A stretch of 60,968 bases of DNA. Origin: Candidatus Aminicenantes bacterium. GTDB lineage: Bacteria; Acidobacteriota; Aminicenantia; Aminicenantales; Aminicenantaceae. The notes under the pieces were generated by a model. It saw only the letters and a program-made list of their open reading frames with translations, ran no database searches and was not told where the DNA came from. The position numbers and the translations under genes are program-made. The stretch covers positions 1 to 60,968 of the forward strand of contig JAOUKO010000002.1 of the NCBI GenBank assembly GCA_029882525.1, in the 5' to 3' direction. This document shows, piece by piece, positions 36,111 through 45,391 of the stretch (position 1 is the stretch's first letter; the number at the start of each line of letters is the position of its first letter).

Positions 36111-37204
36111 CAGAAATACCCCTCCATGATGATATCTTCATCGATTTGGAAAGAATGAGTTCTCTTCAGATAGAGAGAATCTTTGATAAGATCGACCCCC
36201 TTTCCCTGGAGAAAAGAAGGAGCTGTCGCCCCTCCGATCAGCTTGGGGGAGATGCTGACGAAAACTTTGTCCACCAGCTTTTCCTCGAACATCGACGTCA
36301 GAAGGCGCCCCCCTCCTTCCACCAATACGCTCGATATCTCGTGAAGGCCCAGCCAGGAGATGACTTTTTTGAGGGTGATTCTGGACGAAGAGAAAATAAT
36401 GACCTCAACTCCGCTTCTGCGCAAGGCATCGGCTTTTTTTATAGGGGCGTTTTTGGTGGTGAAAACCAGGATTTTTCCTTGCGAAAGGGTGGAAAGGATC
36501 CTGGCTTTTAAAGGGAAGCGCAGATGGGAATCGAGGATTATCCGTGTCAGCCGCTTTCCTTTCCAGTTGGGATGGCGAATAGTCAGCAGGGGGTCGTCTT
36601 TGATGAGCGTGTTCACACCGATCATCAACGCATCATATTCCCCCCTAAGAAGATGAAAATACTCTCTTGTTTGAGGAGATGAGATCCAACGTGAGGAGAA
36701 TTTTTTCGTGCCGATTTTCCCATCAAGGCTGACCGCAGCTTTGGCGGTGACAAACGGGATTTTTTTTGTGATGTATTTCAAGTATGTTTCGTTCAGACGC
36801 CTGTTTTTCTCTTGCAGAAGCCCTACTGAGACCTCGATTCCCGCTTCTCTTATCCTTTTGACCCCCTTCTTGTACACGAGCGGATTGGGGTCGAGGTCCG
36901 AGATGACGACTCTTTTCAACCCTGCCGGCAGGAGGGCATCTATGCAGGGCGGTGTTTTTCCCCAGTGGACGCAGGGCTCAAGAGTGATGTAAGCAGTGCT
37001 GTTCCTGGCCAGAGAGCCCGCTTTCCGGAGAGCCGCGACTTCGGCATGGGGCTGACCGGGTTTTTCATGATACCCGTCGCCCACGATTATATCTCCTTTG
37101 ACGAGGACCGCTCCCACATAAGGATTCGGACTGGCCCATCCTACAGCCTTTTCCGCTAGGGCATAAGCCATCTGGAGGTAGAAGATGTCTTTTTGGTTTT
37201 TCAT
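36110..37204 (-). CDS. ribD: Bifunctional riboflavin biosynthesis deaminase/reductase
   Basis: PNPYVGAVLV, HAEV and TLEPCVHWGKTPPC. Confidence 0.9.
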   Translation of the reverse strand: MKNQKDIFYLQMAYALAEKAVGWASPNPYVGAVLVKGDIIVGDGYHEKPGQPHAEVAALRKAGSLARNSTAYITLEPCVHWGKTPPCIDALLPAGLKRVVISDLDPNPLVYKKGVKRIREAGIEVSVGLLQEKNRRLNETYLKYITKKIPFVTAKAAVSLDGKIGTKKFSSRWISSPQTREYFHLLRGEYDALMIGVNTLIKDDPLLTIRHPNWKGKRLTRIILDSHLRFPLKARILSTLSQGKILVFTTKNAPIKKADALRRSGVEVIIFSSSRITLKKVISWLGLHEISSVLVEGGGRLLTSMFEEKLVDKVFVSISPKLIGGATAPSFLQGKGVDLIKDSLYLKRTHSFQIDEDIIMEGYF

Positions 37205-38094
37205 GAAAGAAGAGCGCTGGCAAAATTATGAGGAGAGAAAGAAAGCATGTCTTTTTCTCCTTCACCTATGCCGATGAATTTCACCGGAAGTTTCAGTTCG
37301 TCAACGATACTGATGACACTCCCTCCCTTGGCTGTTCCGTCCAGTTTAGAGAGGAAAATCCCGGTCAAGCCTGAGAATTTTATAAATTCCTGGGCTTGAA
37401 TCAGTGCATTTTGTCCTATGCTGGCATCGAGGACGAGCAGAATCTCTTGAGGAGCGTCTTCGATCTGCTTTGAGATGACTCGCTTGATCTTTTCCAGCTC
37501 ATTCATGAGGTTGGTGTTGGTATGGATCCTTCCGGCTGTGTCGACGAGGAGTAGCTGGTAAGAGCGAGCCTTGAAGGATTGGATGGCATCGAAGGCCACA
37601 GATGCAGGGTCTGCTCCATACTGGCCTTTGATAACAGGGATGTTCAGTTTTTTCCCCCACAAGACAAGCTGTTCTTGAGCCGCTGCTCGGAAAGTATCAG
37701 CCGCAACCATCAGTACGCTCCTCCCTTTCTGTTGAAAATGGTAAGCCAGTTTGGCCAAGGAAGTCGTTTTGCCTCCGCCGTTAATCCCGACCATCATGAC
37801 GACAGATTGGGAATGATCCACATCGAAGCTTGAAGGGTACTGAGAAAGGATCTTAACGATTTCCTCCTCCAGGGTTTTCTTGATTGTCTGAAAGGAGTCG
37901 GTTTTTTTGCTCTTCTCTCTGATGGAACCAATGATTTTCTCTGTGGAGGATAAACCCACATCAGCCAGGATCAATGATTCAGCCAGGTCCTCCAGTGTCT
38001 CTTCCAGGTCTTTGGCGCTGCGGATCAGCTCTTCAAATTTTTCTTTGAAGGCTTTCCGTGTTTCTGCCAGCTTTTCTTTAAGGCTTCCAAGCAT
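37201..38094 (-). CDS. ftsY: Signal recognition particle receptor FtsY (short form)
   Basis: GINGGGKTTS, DTAGR and TKLDGTAKGG. Start chosen at MLGSLKEKLAETRK (ATG 38094), which aligns with short FtsY N-termini. The longer ORF to 38238 would begin inside repeat copy 5. Confidence 0.85.
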   Translation of the reverse strand: MLGSLKEKLAETRKAFKEKFEELIRSAKDLEETLEDLAESLILADVGLSSTEKIIGSIREKSKKTDSFQTIKKTLEEEIVKILSQYPSSFDVDHSQSVVMMVGINGGGKTTSLAKLAYHFQQKGRSVLMVAADTFRAAAQEQLVLWGKKLNIPVIKGQYGADPASVAFDAIQSFKARSYQLLLVDTAGRIHTNTNLMNELEKIKRVISKQIEDAPQEILLVLDASIGQNALIQAQEFIKFSGLTGIFLSKLDGTAKGGSVISIVDELKLPVKFIGIGEGEKDMLSFSPHNFASALLS

Positions 38095-38210
38095 ATCACA
38101 ATCATTATATTTTTCGCGTTTTTTAAAGTCAAAGGGACGTTTGGCTCCACCCCTTATCCTCAGGCCAGGTTTATATAAAAAATTCCAAGTTGTGAATTGT
38201 TTCTGGAAGA

Positions 38211-38383
38211 ATCTTTCTTTCCGTGATGAGGGAAACATCTGACCTAACAGGGAACGGCGGTGACGGTTTCCCCTTCATCCGAAGTCCATGGTGGGGGGTG
38301 GGAGGGTCTTGGCTTGGATGGAGGGGAAACCGGCGTCGCGATAGATTACACCTTTATTATTAATTGTCACAGAAATAGAGATG
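38211..38383 (-). repeat. Mosaic palindromic repeat, copy 5 (minimal form, T'-A-H' on the plus strand)
   Basis: ATCTTTCTTTCCGTGA...TCACAGAAATAGAGATG. Hairpin A stems at 38265-38280 and 38316-38331. The loop is G-rich on the plus strand. Confidence 0.8.
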
Positions 38384-38395
38384 TCCCCTTTTTCT

Positions 38396-38482
38396 AATGT
38401 AAACGCAGTAAATATGGTTACAATCTCTAGGCGGCCCGAAGCCGCCCAAGATGGAATGTCACAAGAATTATTGCATTAATAC
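38396..38482. repeat. Stand-alone B element lacking the 115-bp core hairpin
   Basis: AATGTAAACGCAGTAAATATGGTTACAATCTCTAGGCGGCC-cgaa-GCCGCC-CAAGATGGAATGTCACAAGAATTATTGCATTAATA matches both flanks of the B element in copies 1, 3 and 6. A 6-bp-stem mini-hairpin replaces the core. Confidence 0.7.
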
Positions 38483-38530
38483 TAGGAAGAGTAGCCTGTC
38501 CCCTTTTTTTGTGGTAAATTGAGAGAGTCC

Positions 38531-40228
38531 ATGGACAACACGATCTGGGTCTACAATCCTCCTTCAGAGGAGGCCTGTGCGCTTGCCAGGGAGCTTGGAA
38601 TTCCGCTGGAAATAGCCCAGATACTGGTCAACCGGGGAATCCGAGATCCAGAGATAGCCCACACGTTTCTCTATGGAGAGCTGGGAAAGCTTCACAACCC
38701 CTACTTGATGAAGGGGATGAAAGAGGCCGTGGAAAGAATCAAGCAGGCTATCTCCCAGGGAGAGAAAATTCTCGTTTTTGGCGATTATGATGTGGACGGG
38801 GTCCTTTCTGTCGTCATCCTTCGCAGAGCACTGGGATTTTTAGGGGCTGACGTGGATTACTTCATTCCGGATAGATTGAAATACGGCTACGGCATCAAAG
38901 AGGAATTCATCGATATCGTGCTGGAAAGAGAAGCCGGCCTGGTGATCAGCGTCGATTGCGGAATAAAGGCTGTGCCGTTTACCAGAAGAGCTAAGGTCGA
39001 AGGGATCGATGTGATCATCACCGATCATCATCTCCCCGGAGAAACCCTTCCAGAGGCAGAGGCCATACTCAATCCCGTCCTTGAGGACTCAGGTTATCCA
39101 GATAAAGGCTTGGCGGGCATTGGCGTTGTCTTCAAATTGATCCAGGCGCTCTCAGAGGAAGAAGAGATGGCCTCACAGCTTGCTCACTACATGAAATTCG
39201 TCTCCATTGGAACCATAGCCGATGTATCGGAGTTGAGGGGAGAAAACAGGCTTTTCGTAAGAAATGGGCTTGAAGACCTGGGAGAGGACTCAGACATCGG
39301 GCTATCCAGCCTTTTGGACATATGCGGCCTAAAAGGCAGAAAAGTGTCTGTGGGAGACGTTGGTTTCAGGATCGGGCCAAGGATCAATGCTGCGGGGAGA
39401 ATGGGGATGGCTGACCTGGCTGTGCGCCTTTTTTTCTCCGACTCCTGGGAAGAATCGGTGGAGATTGCGTCACGCCTCGATAGCCTGAATGCCAAAAGGC
39501 AGAAAGTGCAGGAAAGGACATACAATCAGGCCTTGAATATGATCCAGAGCAGGGGGCTCGATAAGAGATACAAATTTTTAATACTGGGTTGTGAGGAATG
39601 GCATCGGGGGGTCGTCGGTATCGTGGCTTCTAAGCTGAAGGATTTTTTTCACAGGCCTGTCCTCCTTTTTACCTACGAGGATGAAAAAGCATGTGGCTCA
39701 GGAAGAAGCATCAGTGAGTTTCCGATTATTGAATGCCTGGATGAATGCAAGGATTTGTTGTCAACTTATGGAGGACACAGCATGGCTGTTGGCTGCGTCC
39801 TTCCTCTGGAAAAGATGACGGTTTTCAAAGAGAATGTCAATGCCATTGCCAACGCCCGGCTTTCCGATGAAGACCTGAAAAGAAAAATTTACGTTGATTC
39901 AAAAATAGAATTTTCTGACATCAGTTCTGATTTCTTGGGGAATTATTCCCGCCTTTCTCCGTTTGGCGTGGGGAATCCGACTCCCATATTTCTGACGAAG
40001 GGTGCAGAGGTGGCTCGCCAACCCCAGAGAATCAAGGGGAAACACAGTAAATTTTTACTGAAGCAGAAAGGTTGTTTCTTTGAGGCTCTGGGATGGGACA
40101 GGAGTGATTGGGCTCTGGAGTATCAGAGAGGTGAAAGAATCGACGTGGCTTATTCCTTACAGTTTTCTGAGTACCTCGGGGAGACAAAGATGAGCCTGTC
40201 CGTAGAAGACATCAAGAGACAGGATTGA
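38531..40228 (+). CDS. recJ: Single-stranded-DNA-specific exonuclease RecJ
   Basis: FGDYDVDGV, DCG, ITDHH and GGHSMA (DHH/DHHA1). The ATG at 38531 is preferred over the TTG at 38519. Confidence 0.9.
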   Translation: MDNTIWVYNPPSEEACALARELGIPLEIAQILVNRGIRDPEIAHTFLYGELGKLHNPYLMKGMKEAVERIKQAISQGEKILVFGDYDVDGVLSVVILRRALGFLGADVDYFIPDRLKYGYGIKEEFIDIVLEREAGLVISVDCGIKAVPFTRRAKVEGIDVIITDHHLPGETLPEAEAILNPVLEDSGYPDKGLAGIGVVFKLIQALSEEEEMASQLAHYMKFVSIGTIADVSELRGENRLFVRNGLEDLGEDSDIGLSSLLDICGLKGRKVSVGDVGFRIGPRINAAGRMGMADLAVRLFFSDSWEESVEIASRLDSLNAKRQKVQERTYNQALNMIQSRGLDKRYKFLILGCEEWHRGVVGIVASKLKDFFHRPVLLFTYEDEKACGSGRSISEFPIIECLDECKDLLSTYGGHSMAVGCVLPLEKMTVFKENVNAIANARLSDEDLKRKIYVDSKIEFSDISSDFLGNYSRLSPFGVGNPTPIFLTKGAEVARQPQRIKGKHSKFLLKQKGCFFEALGWDRSDWALEYQRGERIDVAYSLQFSEYLGETKMSLSVEDIKRQD

Positions 40229-40243
40229 ACTCGAAGGATTGAG

Positions 40244-42130
40244 ATGGGTTTCCAAAAAACCATGAAAATCGCTGTCGCAGTGCTGCTCTTGATCGTTCTG
40301 GCTGTGATCGCGAGGCATCTCTTGACCAGTTCTCAGGGAGAAGCCCTTATCCCGGCAAAGAAAGAGGAGATCGCCCAGCAAAAAATAGAGAAAAAGGAGA
40401 AGGGTGAATACATAGAGTGGAAGGGCGCAGAGGAATATGTTAAGGCCAAGGCTGACAGACATTTCGCTGGAGAGGATGATAAATATTATTTGGAAGGACA
40501 GGTCGAAGTCGTTTTTTTTAAGAGGAGAGAAGGCAGAGATATCTTCCTTAATGGGGACAGAGTCAGCCATGATAAAGACTGGAATCAAATAATCTCCTCA
40601 GGTCAGGCCAGCGCGAGATTTAAAGATCTGACGATCGAGTCCATTCTGTTGAATTATGACAATAAAAAAGAAGTTTTCAGGACTGATAAAGGGATTCTTT
40701 TTTCGTCACAGAGGCTGGAAGGGTCTGCCCAGAATATGGTGTACTGGATGAAGCAGGAAAGGCTCCAACTCAGAGAGAACGTACGCCTTCGAATAAAGCC
40801 GAAAAGAGAAACGTCTGTGCCGCTTGAAGTCTGGGGAAAAAGGCTTGATTATGATGAGAAAACGAAGCGGGGCCAAGTGGAGGGAGATGTACAGCTTTTT
40901 CATGGGGAGAGCCGTGCTTCGGCGGAGGTTGTCCGGTTTGAGCTTTCTCCTGACGGGGAACAGATAAAAACCTTGATTTTAGAGAAGAACGCCCGAGCAT
41001 ATCTGGTAGCAGAAGGAAAGGAAACCACCCCTTCGCAAGATGATTCGTCTTTTTTTGTCCAGAGTGCAAGACGTGACATTGAGGCCAGAGAGATCGCTTT
41101 GAAGTTTTTTGAGGAGATTTCAGAGCTCAATGAGGTCAGGGCTACAGGAGGTGCCTCGGTTAAGTTCATCTCTTCCAACGGCAGTTTTACTCATGTCAGG
41201 GGTGAATCGGTTGAGTTTGAGTTTGATACGGAAGGAGAACTGACCCGATTCCTGGCATCAAAGAGTGCCAGTGTGACCAAACAGGGAGAGGGTCCTGATG
41301 AGCAGCAAATGATCGAAGGCCATACTATCGCCAAAGACAGGGAGAGCGATATCCTTTGGGTCACAGGAAAAGGGGCCTATGAAGCCAGGATAGGCTCTCC
41401 GGACAGAGATGTTTTTGCCAAGGACATTGCCATTTCCCTCGAAAATGATAACCTGGAGGTGAAAAAAGGAGTCAAGGTGATCCTGAAGTCAAAATCAGAT
41501 GAGGAGAGCGCTATCGGCATGTTCTCCAAAGAACATCCTGTATTCATCCAAGCCGAAGAAATGAGATATATGGCTGAGGAAAGGCGTTTTCTTTTTAATG
41601 GAGATGTAAGAGCCTGGCAGGAGAAAAAGTTGCTCCGCGCCAGTGAAATCGTGATTGATGATAAGACGGGGAATATGATATGCACAGGCGGTGTCGAGTC
41701 TCTCATCCCACACACGCCCAAAGGGCAGGAGGAAGAGGAGCAATTGAAGATTTCTTCGGAAAGAATGACCTATATTCCTGAGGAAAACCGGGTCACCTAC
41801 CTGGAGAAAAGCACTTTAAGGATAAAAGAGGCCATTCTGACGGCCCGGTCCATTTCTCTTTATCTTGATGAAGAGGAAAACGATGTCCAGAAATTAGTCG
41901 CCCGAGATAAGGTCATCATCCAGCAGGAATGGGGGGAAGCCTATGGAGAAGAAGCTGTATACAATCCTGAAGAAGAGTCACTCGTTCTCCTTGGAAACCC
42001 CTTCTTGATGGACCGAAATAAGGGAAAAACCCAGGGGGACAAATTGACTTTTTACCTGGCCGATGGTAGAATCCGTGTTGAAAATAAAGGAAAAGAAAGG
42101 TCCGTAACTGTAATCAAACGTGAGACATGA
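40244..42130 (+). CDS. Membrane-anchored protein with multiple OstA/LptA-like repeats (LptC-LptA-like)
   Basis: N-terminal TM anchor, then repeated beta-jellyroll-like segments (LEGQVEVVFF.., GDVQLFHGESRASAEVVRFE.., GDKLTFYLADGRIRVENKG). ATGA-coupled to lptB, in the position normally held by lptC and lptA. Confidence 0.6.
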   Translation: MGFQKTMKIAVAVLLLIVLAVIARHLLTSSQGEALIPAKKEEIAQQKIEKKEKGEYIEWKGAEEYVKAKADRHFAGEDDKYYLEGQVEVVFFKRREGRDIFLNGDRVSHDKDWNQIISSGQASARFKDLTIESILLNYDNKKEVFRTDKGILFSSQRLEGSAQNMVYWMKQERLQLRENVRLRIKPKRETSVPLEVWGKRLDYDEKTKRGQVEGDVQLFHGESRASAEVVRFELSPDGEQIKTLILEKNARAYLVAEGKETTPSQDDSSFFVQSARRDIEAREIALKFFEEISELNEVRATGGASVKFISSNGSFTHVRGESVEFEFDTEGELTRFLASKSASVTKQGEGPDEQQMIEGHTIAKDRESDILWVTGKGAYEARIGSPDRDVFAKDIAISLENDNLEVKKGVKVILKSKSDEESAIGMFSKEHPVFIQAEEMRYMAEERRFLFNGDVRAWQEKKLLRASEIVIDDKTGNMICTGGVESLIPHTPKGQEEEEQLKISSERMTYIPEENRVTYLEKSTLRIKEAILTARSISLYLDEEENDVQKLVARDKVIIQQEWGEAYGEEAVYNPEEESLVLLGNPFLMDRNKGKTQGDKLTFYLADGRIRVENKGKERSVTVIKRET

Positions 42131-42855
42131 AAGACCGTTTAGAGGCCATAAAGCTGGAAAAGAGCTATCGAAAAAAGAAAGTCCTGAAAGGCATTTCTCT
42201 CTACGTCAGCAAGGGAGAGATCGTAGGACTTTTGGGGCCTAACGGCGCAGGGAAAACCACGGCCTTTTCTCTGATACTCGGACTCATACCTCAAGACGCC
42301 GGCCAGGTATTCCTTGATGGAGAAGACATCACAGCTCTTCCCATGTATATCAGAGCCCGAAAGGGATTATGTCTTCTTCCCCAGGAACCATCCGCCTTCC
42401 GGAGGTTAAGCGTGGAGGACAATCTTTTTTCCATAATCGAGACCGTAGGCGATTCTCATTCCGCAAGGAATAATGGTGTGAAAAAGATACTGAAGGAGTT
42501 TGGTCTTCAAGAGCTGGCCAAGGCAAGAGCTTTTACCTTATCTGGAGGGGAAAGAAGACGGCTTGAGATTGCTCGAGCTCTGCTGACAACTCCGAGGTTC
42601 ATGCTTCTCGATGAACCCTTCACGGGTATCGATCCTTTGGCTATTCAGGACCTGCAGGAGATCATTCTTGCTCTAAAAAATAAAGGAATAGGAATACTGC
42701 TGACCGATCACAGTGTCAGGGAAGCCTTAAAAATAACCGACAGGGCATACATCATCGATGGAGGAAGGATACTGAAAGAGGGAAATCCTCAGGAGCTAGT
42801 GGGTTCCAAAGAAGTGAGGGAAAGCTATTTAGGAGATGACTTTCTTCTGATTTAA
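42127..42855 (+). CDS. lptB: LPS export ABC transporter ATP-binding protein
   Basis: GPNGAGKTT, LSGGERRRLEIARAL and MLLDEP. Located immediately upstream of rpoN. Confidence 0.9.
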   Translation: MKDRLEAIKLEKSYRKKKVLKGISLYVSKGEIVGLLGPNGAGKTTAFSLILGLIPQDAGQVFLDGEDITALPMYIRARKGLCLLPQEPSAFRRLSVEDNLFSIIETVGDSHSARNNGVKKILKEFGLQELAKARAFTLSGGERRRLEIARALLTTPRFMLLDEPFTGIDPLAIQDLQEIILALKNKGIGILLTDHSVREALKITDRAYIIDGGRILKEGNPQELVGSKEVRESYLGDDFLLI

Positions 42856-42874
42856 TAGAGAAAGTTCAGCGGAT

Positions 42875-44371
42875 ATGAATATGGTTATGAAGCAACGGTT
42901 AGACCAGAGACAGGTTCAAAAGTTAATCCTTGCTCCTGCGCTTCAGCAGGCCATAAAGCTCCTTCCACTGACCAATCTGGAGCTTATTGAGATAATCGAT
43001 ACCGAGCTCTCCCAGAATCCTATGCTGGAGTTTGAGGAGGAAACCCTCGAAAAGAAACCTGAGGAGGGACCTGAAGAGAAAGAGAAAGACAGGACTGAGG
43101 ATGATGAGAGAGCGAGTGAGATGACTAAAGAGGATTTAAATCCTGAAGATAGCCCGGAGCCTCAGGCAGAGGCCGAAGCCACTGAATTTGAATCCTATTT
43201 TCAACAATATTTTGATGACGGCTTCCATTCATATCCTCAGGAAATAAAAGAAGCGCCTTCCTTGGAGAATGTGGTTGCTGAAAGCTCTTCTCTCTGGGAC
43301 CATCTCAGCTGGCAGGCGAATTTAACCTTTTTTGACAAAACGGATAAAGAGATTGCTCAGTATATCATCGGTAACATAAATGAAGAGGGTTATCTGACGA
43401 CATCAGTTGAGGAAATCGCCAATACGTTTGAGACTACTGAAAAGAAGGTGGAAGAGATCCGGGAGAAGATCAAAGGCTTTGATCCCATAAGCGTGGGAAG
43501 CTTGACTCTTCAGGAAGCACTTTTAAGCCAGATGGACCATTTTCAGGTCAGGGATGAAATCACGCGGACCATTGTCACGGAACATCTTCATCTTCTTGAA
43601 AAATCAGATTATTCCCAGCTCGCCAAGGTGCTCGGGATTCCCCTCTCAGCCGTGAAGTACCATATGGAATTTATCAAGCACCTGGACCCTGCTCCGGGGA
43701 GGAAATACACTCAGGAGAGGACTTTCTATGTTGTCCCTGACATAATCGTCACCAAAGAGGACGATGAGCTGAGAATCATGCTGAACAACGAGGGCCTTCC
43801 TCGACTGAGAATCAACGCTTATTACAAAAGGCTTCTGGCCAAAGCTTCGAAAGATAATCCGGATGCTTACCGCTTCTTGAAGGATAAGATGAAAAAAGCC
43901 TTCTGGTTTTTACGCAGCCTTGACCAGAGGGACCAGACGATTTACAAAGTGGCCAAGTACATCGTGGATAAGCAAAAGGATTTTATCGAGAGGGGGATCG
44001 AATTCATCAAACCATTGACTTTGATCGAACTCGCTCAGGAGATAGGGGTTCATGAGTCCACTGTAGGTCGAGTGGTGGCTAATAAATATATGATGACACC
44101 TCGAGGGGTGTTTTCCCTGAAATATTTTTTTCATAAATCTCTCACCGGAGATTACGGCGAGGAAATTTCCTCTCTGAGAATAAAAGAGAGGATCAGAAAG
44201 GTCGTTGACAGCGAAGATAAGGAGCAGCCGTTAAGCGACCTAGAGATCGGCGATATTTTAGAAAGGGAAAACCTGAGGGTGGCCCGAAGAACCGTGACCA
44301 AATACAGAAAACAGCTTGAGATTCCGCCCTCTCACATAAGAAAGAGAAGGTTTAAAATGGAGGAAGCCTGA
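42875..44371 (+). CDS. rpoN: RNA polymerase sigma-54 factor
   Basis: MKQRLDQRQVQKLILAPALQQAIKLL, an acidic region II, and the C-terminal RpoN box ARRTVTKYR. Confidence 0.95.
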   Translation: MNMVMKQRLDQRQVQKLILAPALQQAIKLLPLTNLELIEIIDTELSQNPMLEFEEETLEKKPEEGPEEKEKDRTEDDERASEMTKEDLNPEDSPEPQAEAEATEFESYFQQYFDDGFHSYPQEIKEAPSLENVVAESSSLWDHLSWQANLTFFDKTDKEIAQYIIGNINEEGYLTTSVEEIANTFETTEKKVEEIREKIKGFDPISVGSLTLQEALLSQMDHFQVRDEITRTIVTEHLHLLEKSDYSQLAKVLGIPLSAVKYHMEFIKHLDPAPGRKYTQERTFYVVPDIIVTKEDDELRIMLNNEGLPRLRINAYYKRLLAKASKDNPDAYRFLKDKMKKAFWFLRSLDQRDQTIYKVAKYIVDKQKDFIERGIEFIKPLTLIELAQEIGVHESTVGRVVANKYMMTPRGVFSLKYFFHKSLTGDYGEEISSLRIKERIRKVVDSEDKEQPLSDLEIGDILERENLRVARRTVTKYRKQLEIPPSHIRKRRFKMEEA

Positions 44372-44895
44372 TGAGTATCAATTTCACCGCCCGAAACACA
44401 AATATAACTCCGGGGATTAAAGAATACTGCGCCAAAAGATTGAAGTCTTTGGAAAGAGTCGTCGGACAAAAAATGACGGCCGATATCATTCTTTCGGTCG
44501 AGAAGTACAGGCATAAGGCCGAGATAAACGTAAAGATAAAAAGAGCACATTTGAACGCGATGGAGGAGACCAGCGAGATGATGAGTTCTCTTGGCCTGGC
44601 GTTTGATAACATCGAGAAAAGAGTTAAAAAGGAAAGGGAGAAGATAAGAGAAAGAAAGAGAAGGAAGATCCGCGAAGCAGAGGTTCCTGTTCTTCCGGTC
44701 GAGGAACAGGAGCAGCAGAAAAGAGTCATAAGAAGCCAGGACTACTCTTTAAAGCCCATGTCTCTGGATGAAGCTTTTCTTCAGTTTGAGCTCGGCAGAA
44801 AAGAGGTCTTTGTTTTCAGAAAGTTAGGTTCTGAAAAATGGGCGGTCATTTTCCGTCGAAAAGACGGGAATTACGGCCTAGTCGAGCCTGAATGA
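44371..44895 (+). CDS. hpf: Ribosome hibernation promoting factor (long form)
   Basis: MSINFTARNTNITPGIKEY plus the C-terminal dimerisation-type domain (VIRSQDYSLKPMSLDEA). Confidence 0.85.
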   Translation: MSINFTARNTNITPGIKEYCAKRLKSLERVVGQKMTADIILSVEKYRHKAEINVKIKRAHLNAMEETSEMMSSLGLAFDNIEKRVKKEREKIRERKRRKIREAEVPVLPVEEQEQQKRVIRSQDYSLKPMSLDEAFLQFELGRKEVFVFRKLGSEKWAVIFRRKDGNYGLVEPE

Positions 44896-44917
44896 ATGCA
44901 GAAAAGCGAGAAAAGAG

Positions 44918-45391
44918 ATGAAACTGTATAACTTGATTACGCAGGATATGGTTATTGAAGAGTTGGAGTCTGGTAACAGAGAAGGTGTTCTGAAAGAAAT
45001 GGTCAGTTTCTTGAAGAAGAGGAAGAAAATCGCAAGAGAAAAGGAGCTTTATGCAAAGCTGCTCCAGAGAGAAGAATTGGGAAGTACAGCCATTGGCGAA
45101 GGAGTGGCCATTCCGCACTGTAAAATAAAGGGAATCAAGAATCCTCTTGTTATGCTGGCTGTATCGAAGAAAAGCGTGGATTTTCAATCTTTAGATGGGA
45201 AGCCTTCGAATATATTCTTCCTGGTTGTGTCCTCGCCCGAGAACCCGAGCCTGAACCTTCAGATCCTGGCTGCAATAGCACATCTGGTAAGGAAATCAGG
45301 TCCTCTTCTCAAGAGAATTCTTGGAGCCAGGAATGCGGGTGATATCTTGGATATAATCCGAGAGGAAGAAGAGAAAATAAGTGAAAAGTGA
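44918..45391 (+). CDS. ptsN: PTS IIA-Ntr (nitrogen regulatory EIIA)
   Basis: GSTAIGEGVAIPHCK active-site His region. Located downstream of hpf. Confidence 0.85.
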   Translation: MKLYNLITQDMVIEELESGNREGVLKEMVSFLKKRKKIAREKELYAKLLQREELGSTAIGEGVAIPHCKIKGIKNPLVMLAVSKKSVDFQSLDGKPSNIFFLVVSSPENPSLNLQILAAIAHLVRKSGPLLKRILGARNAGDILDIIREEEEKISEK

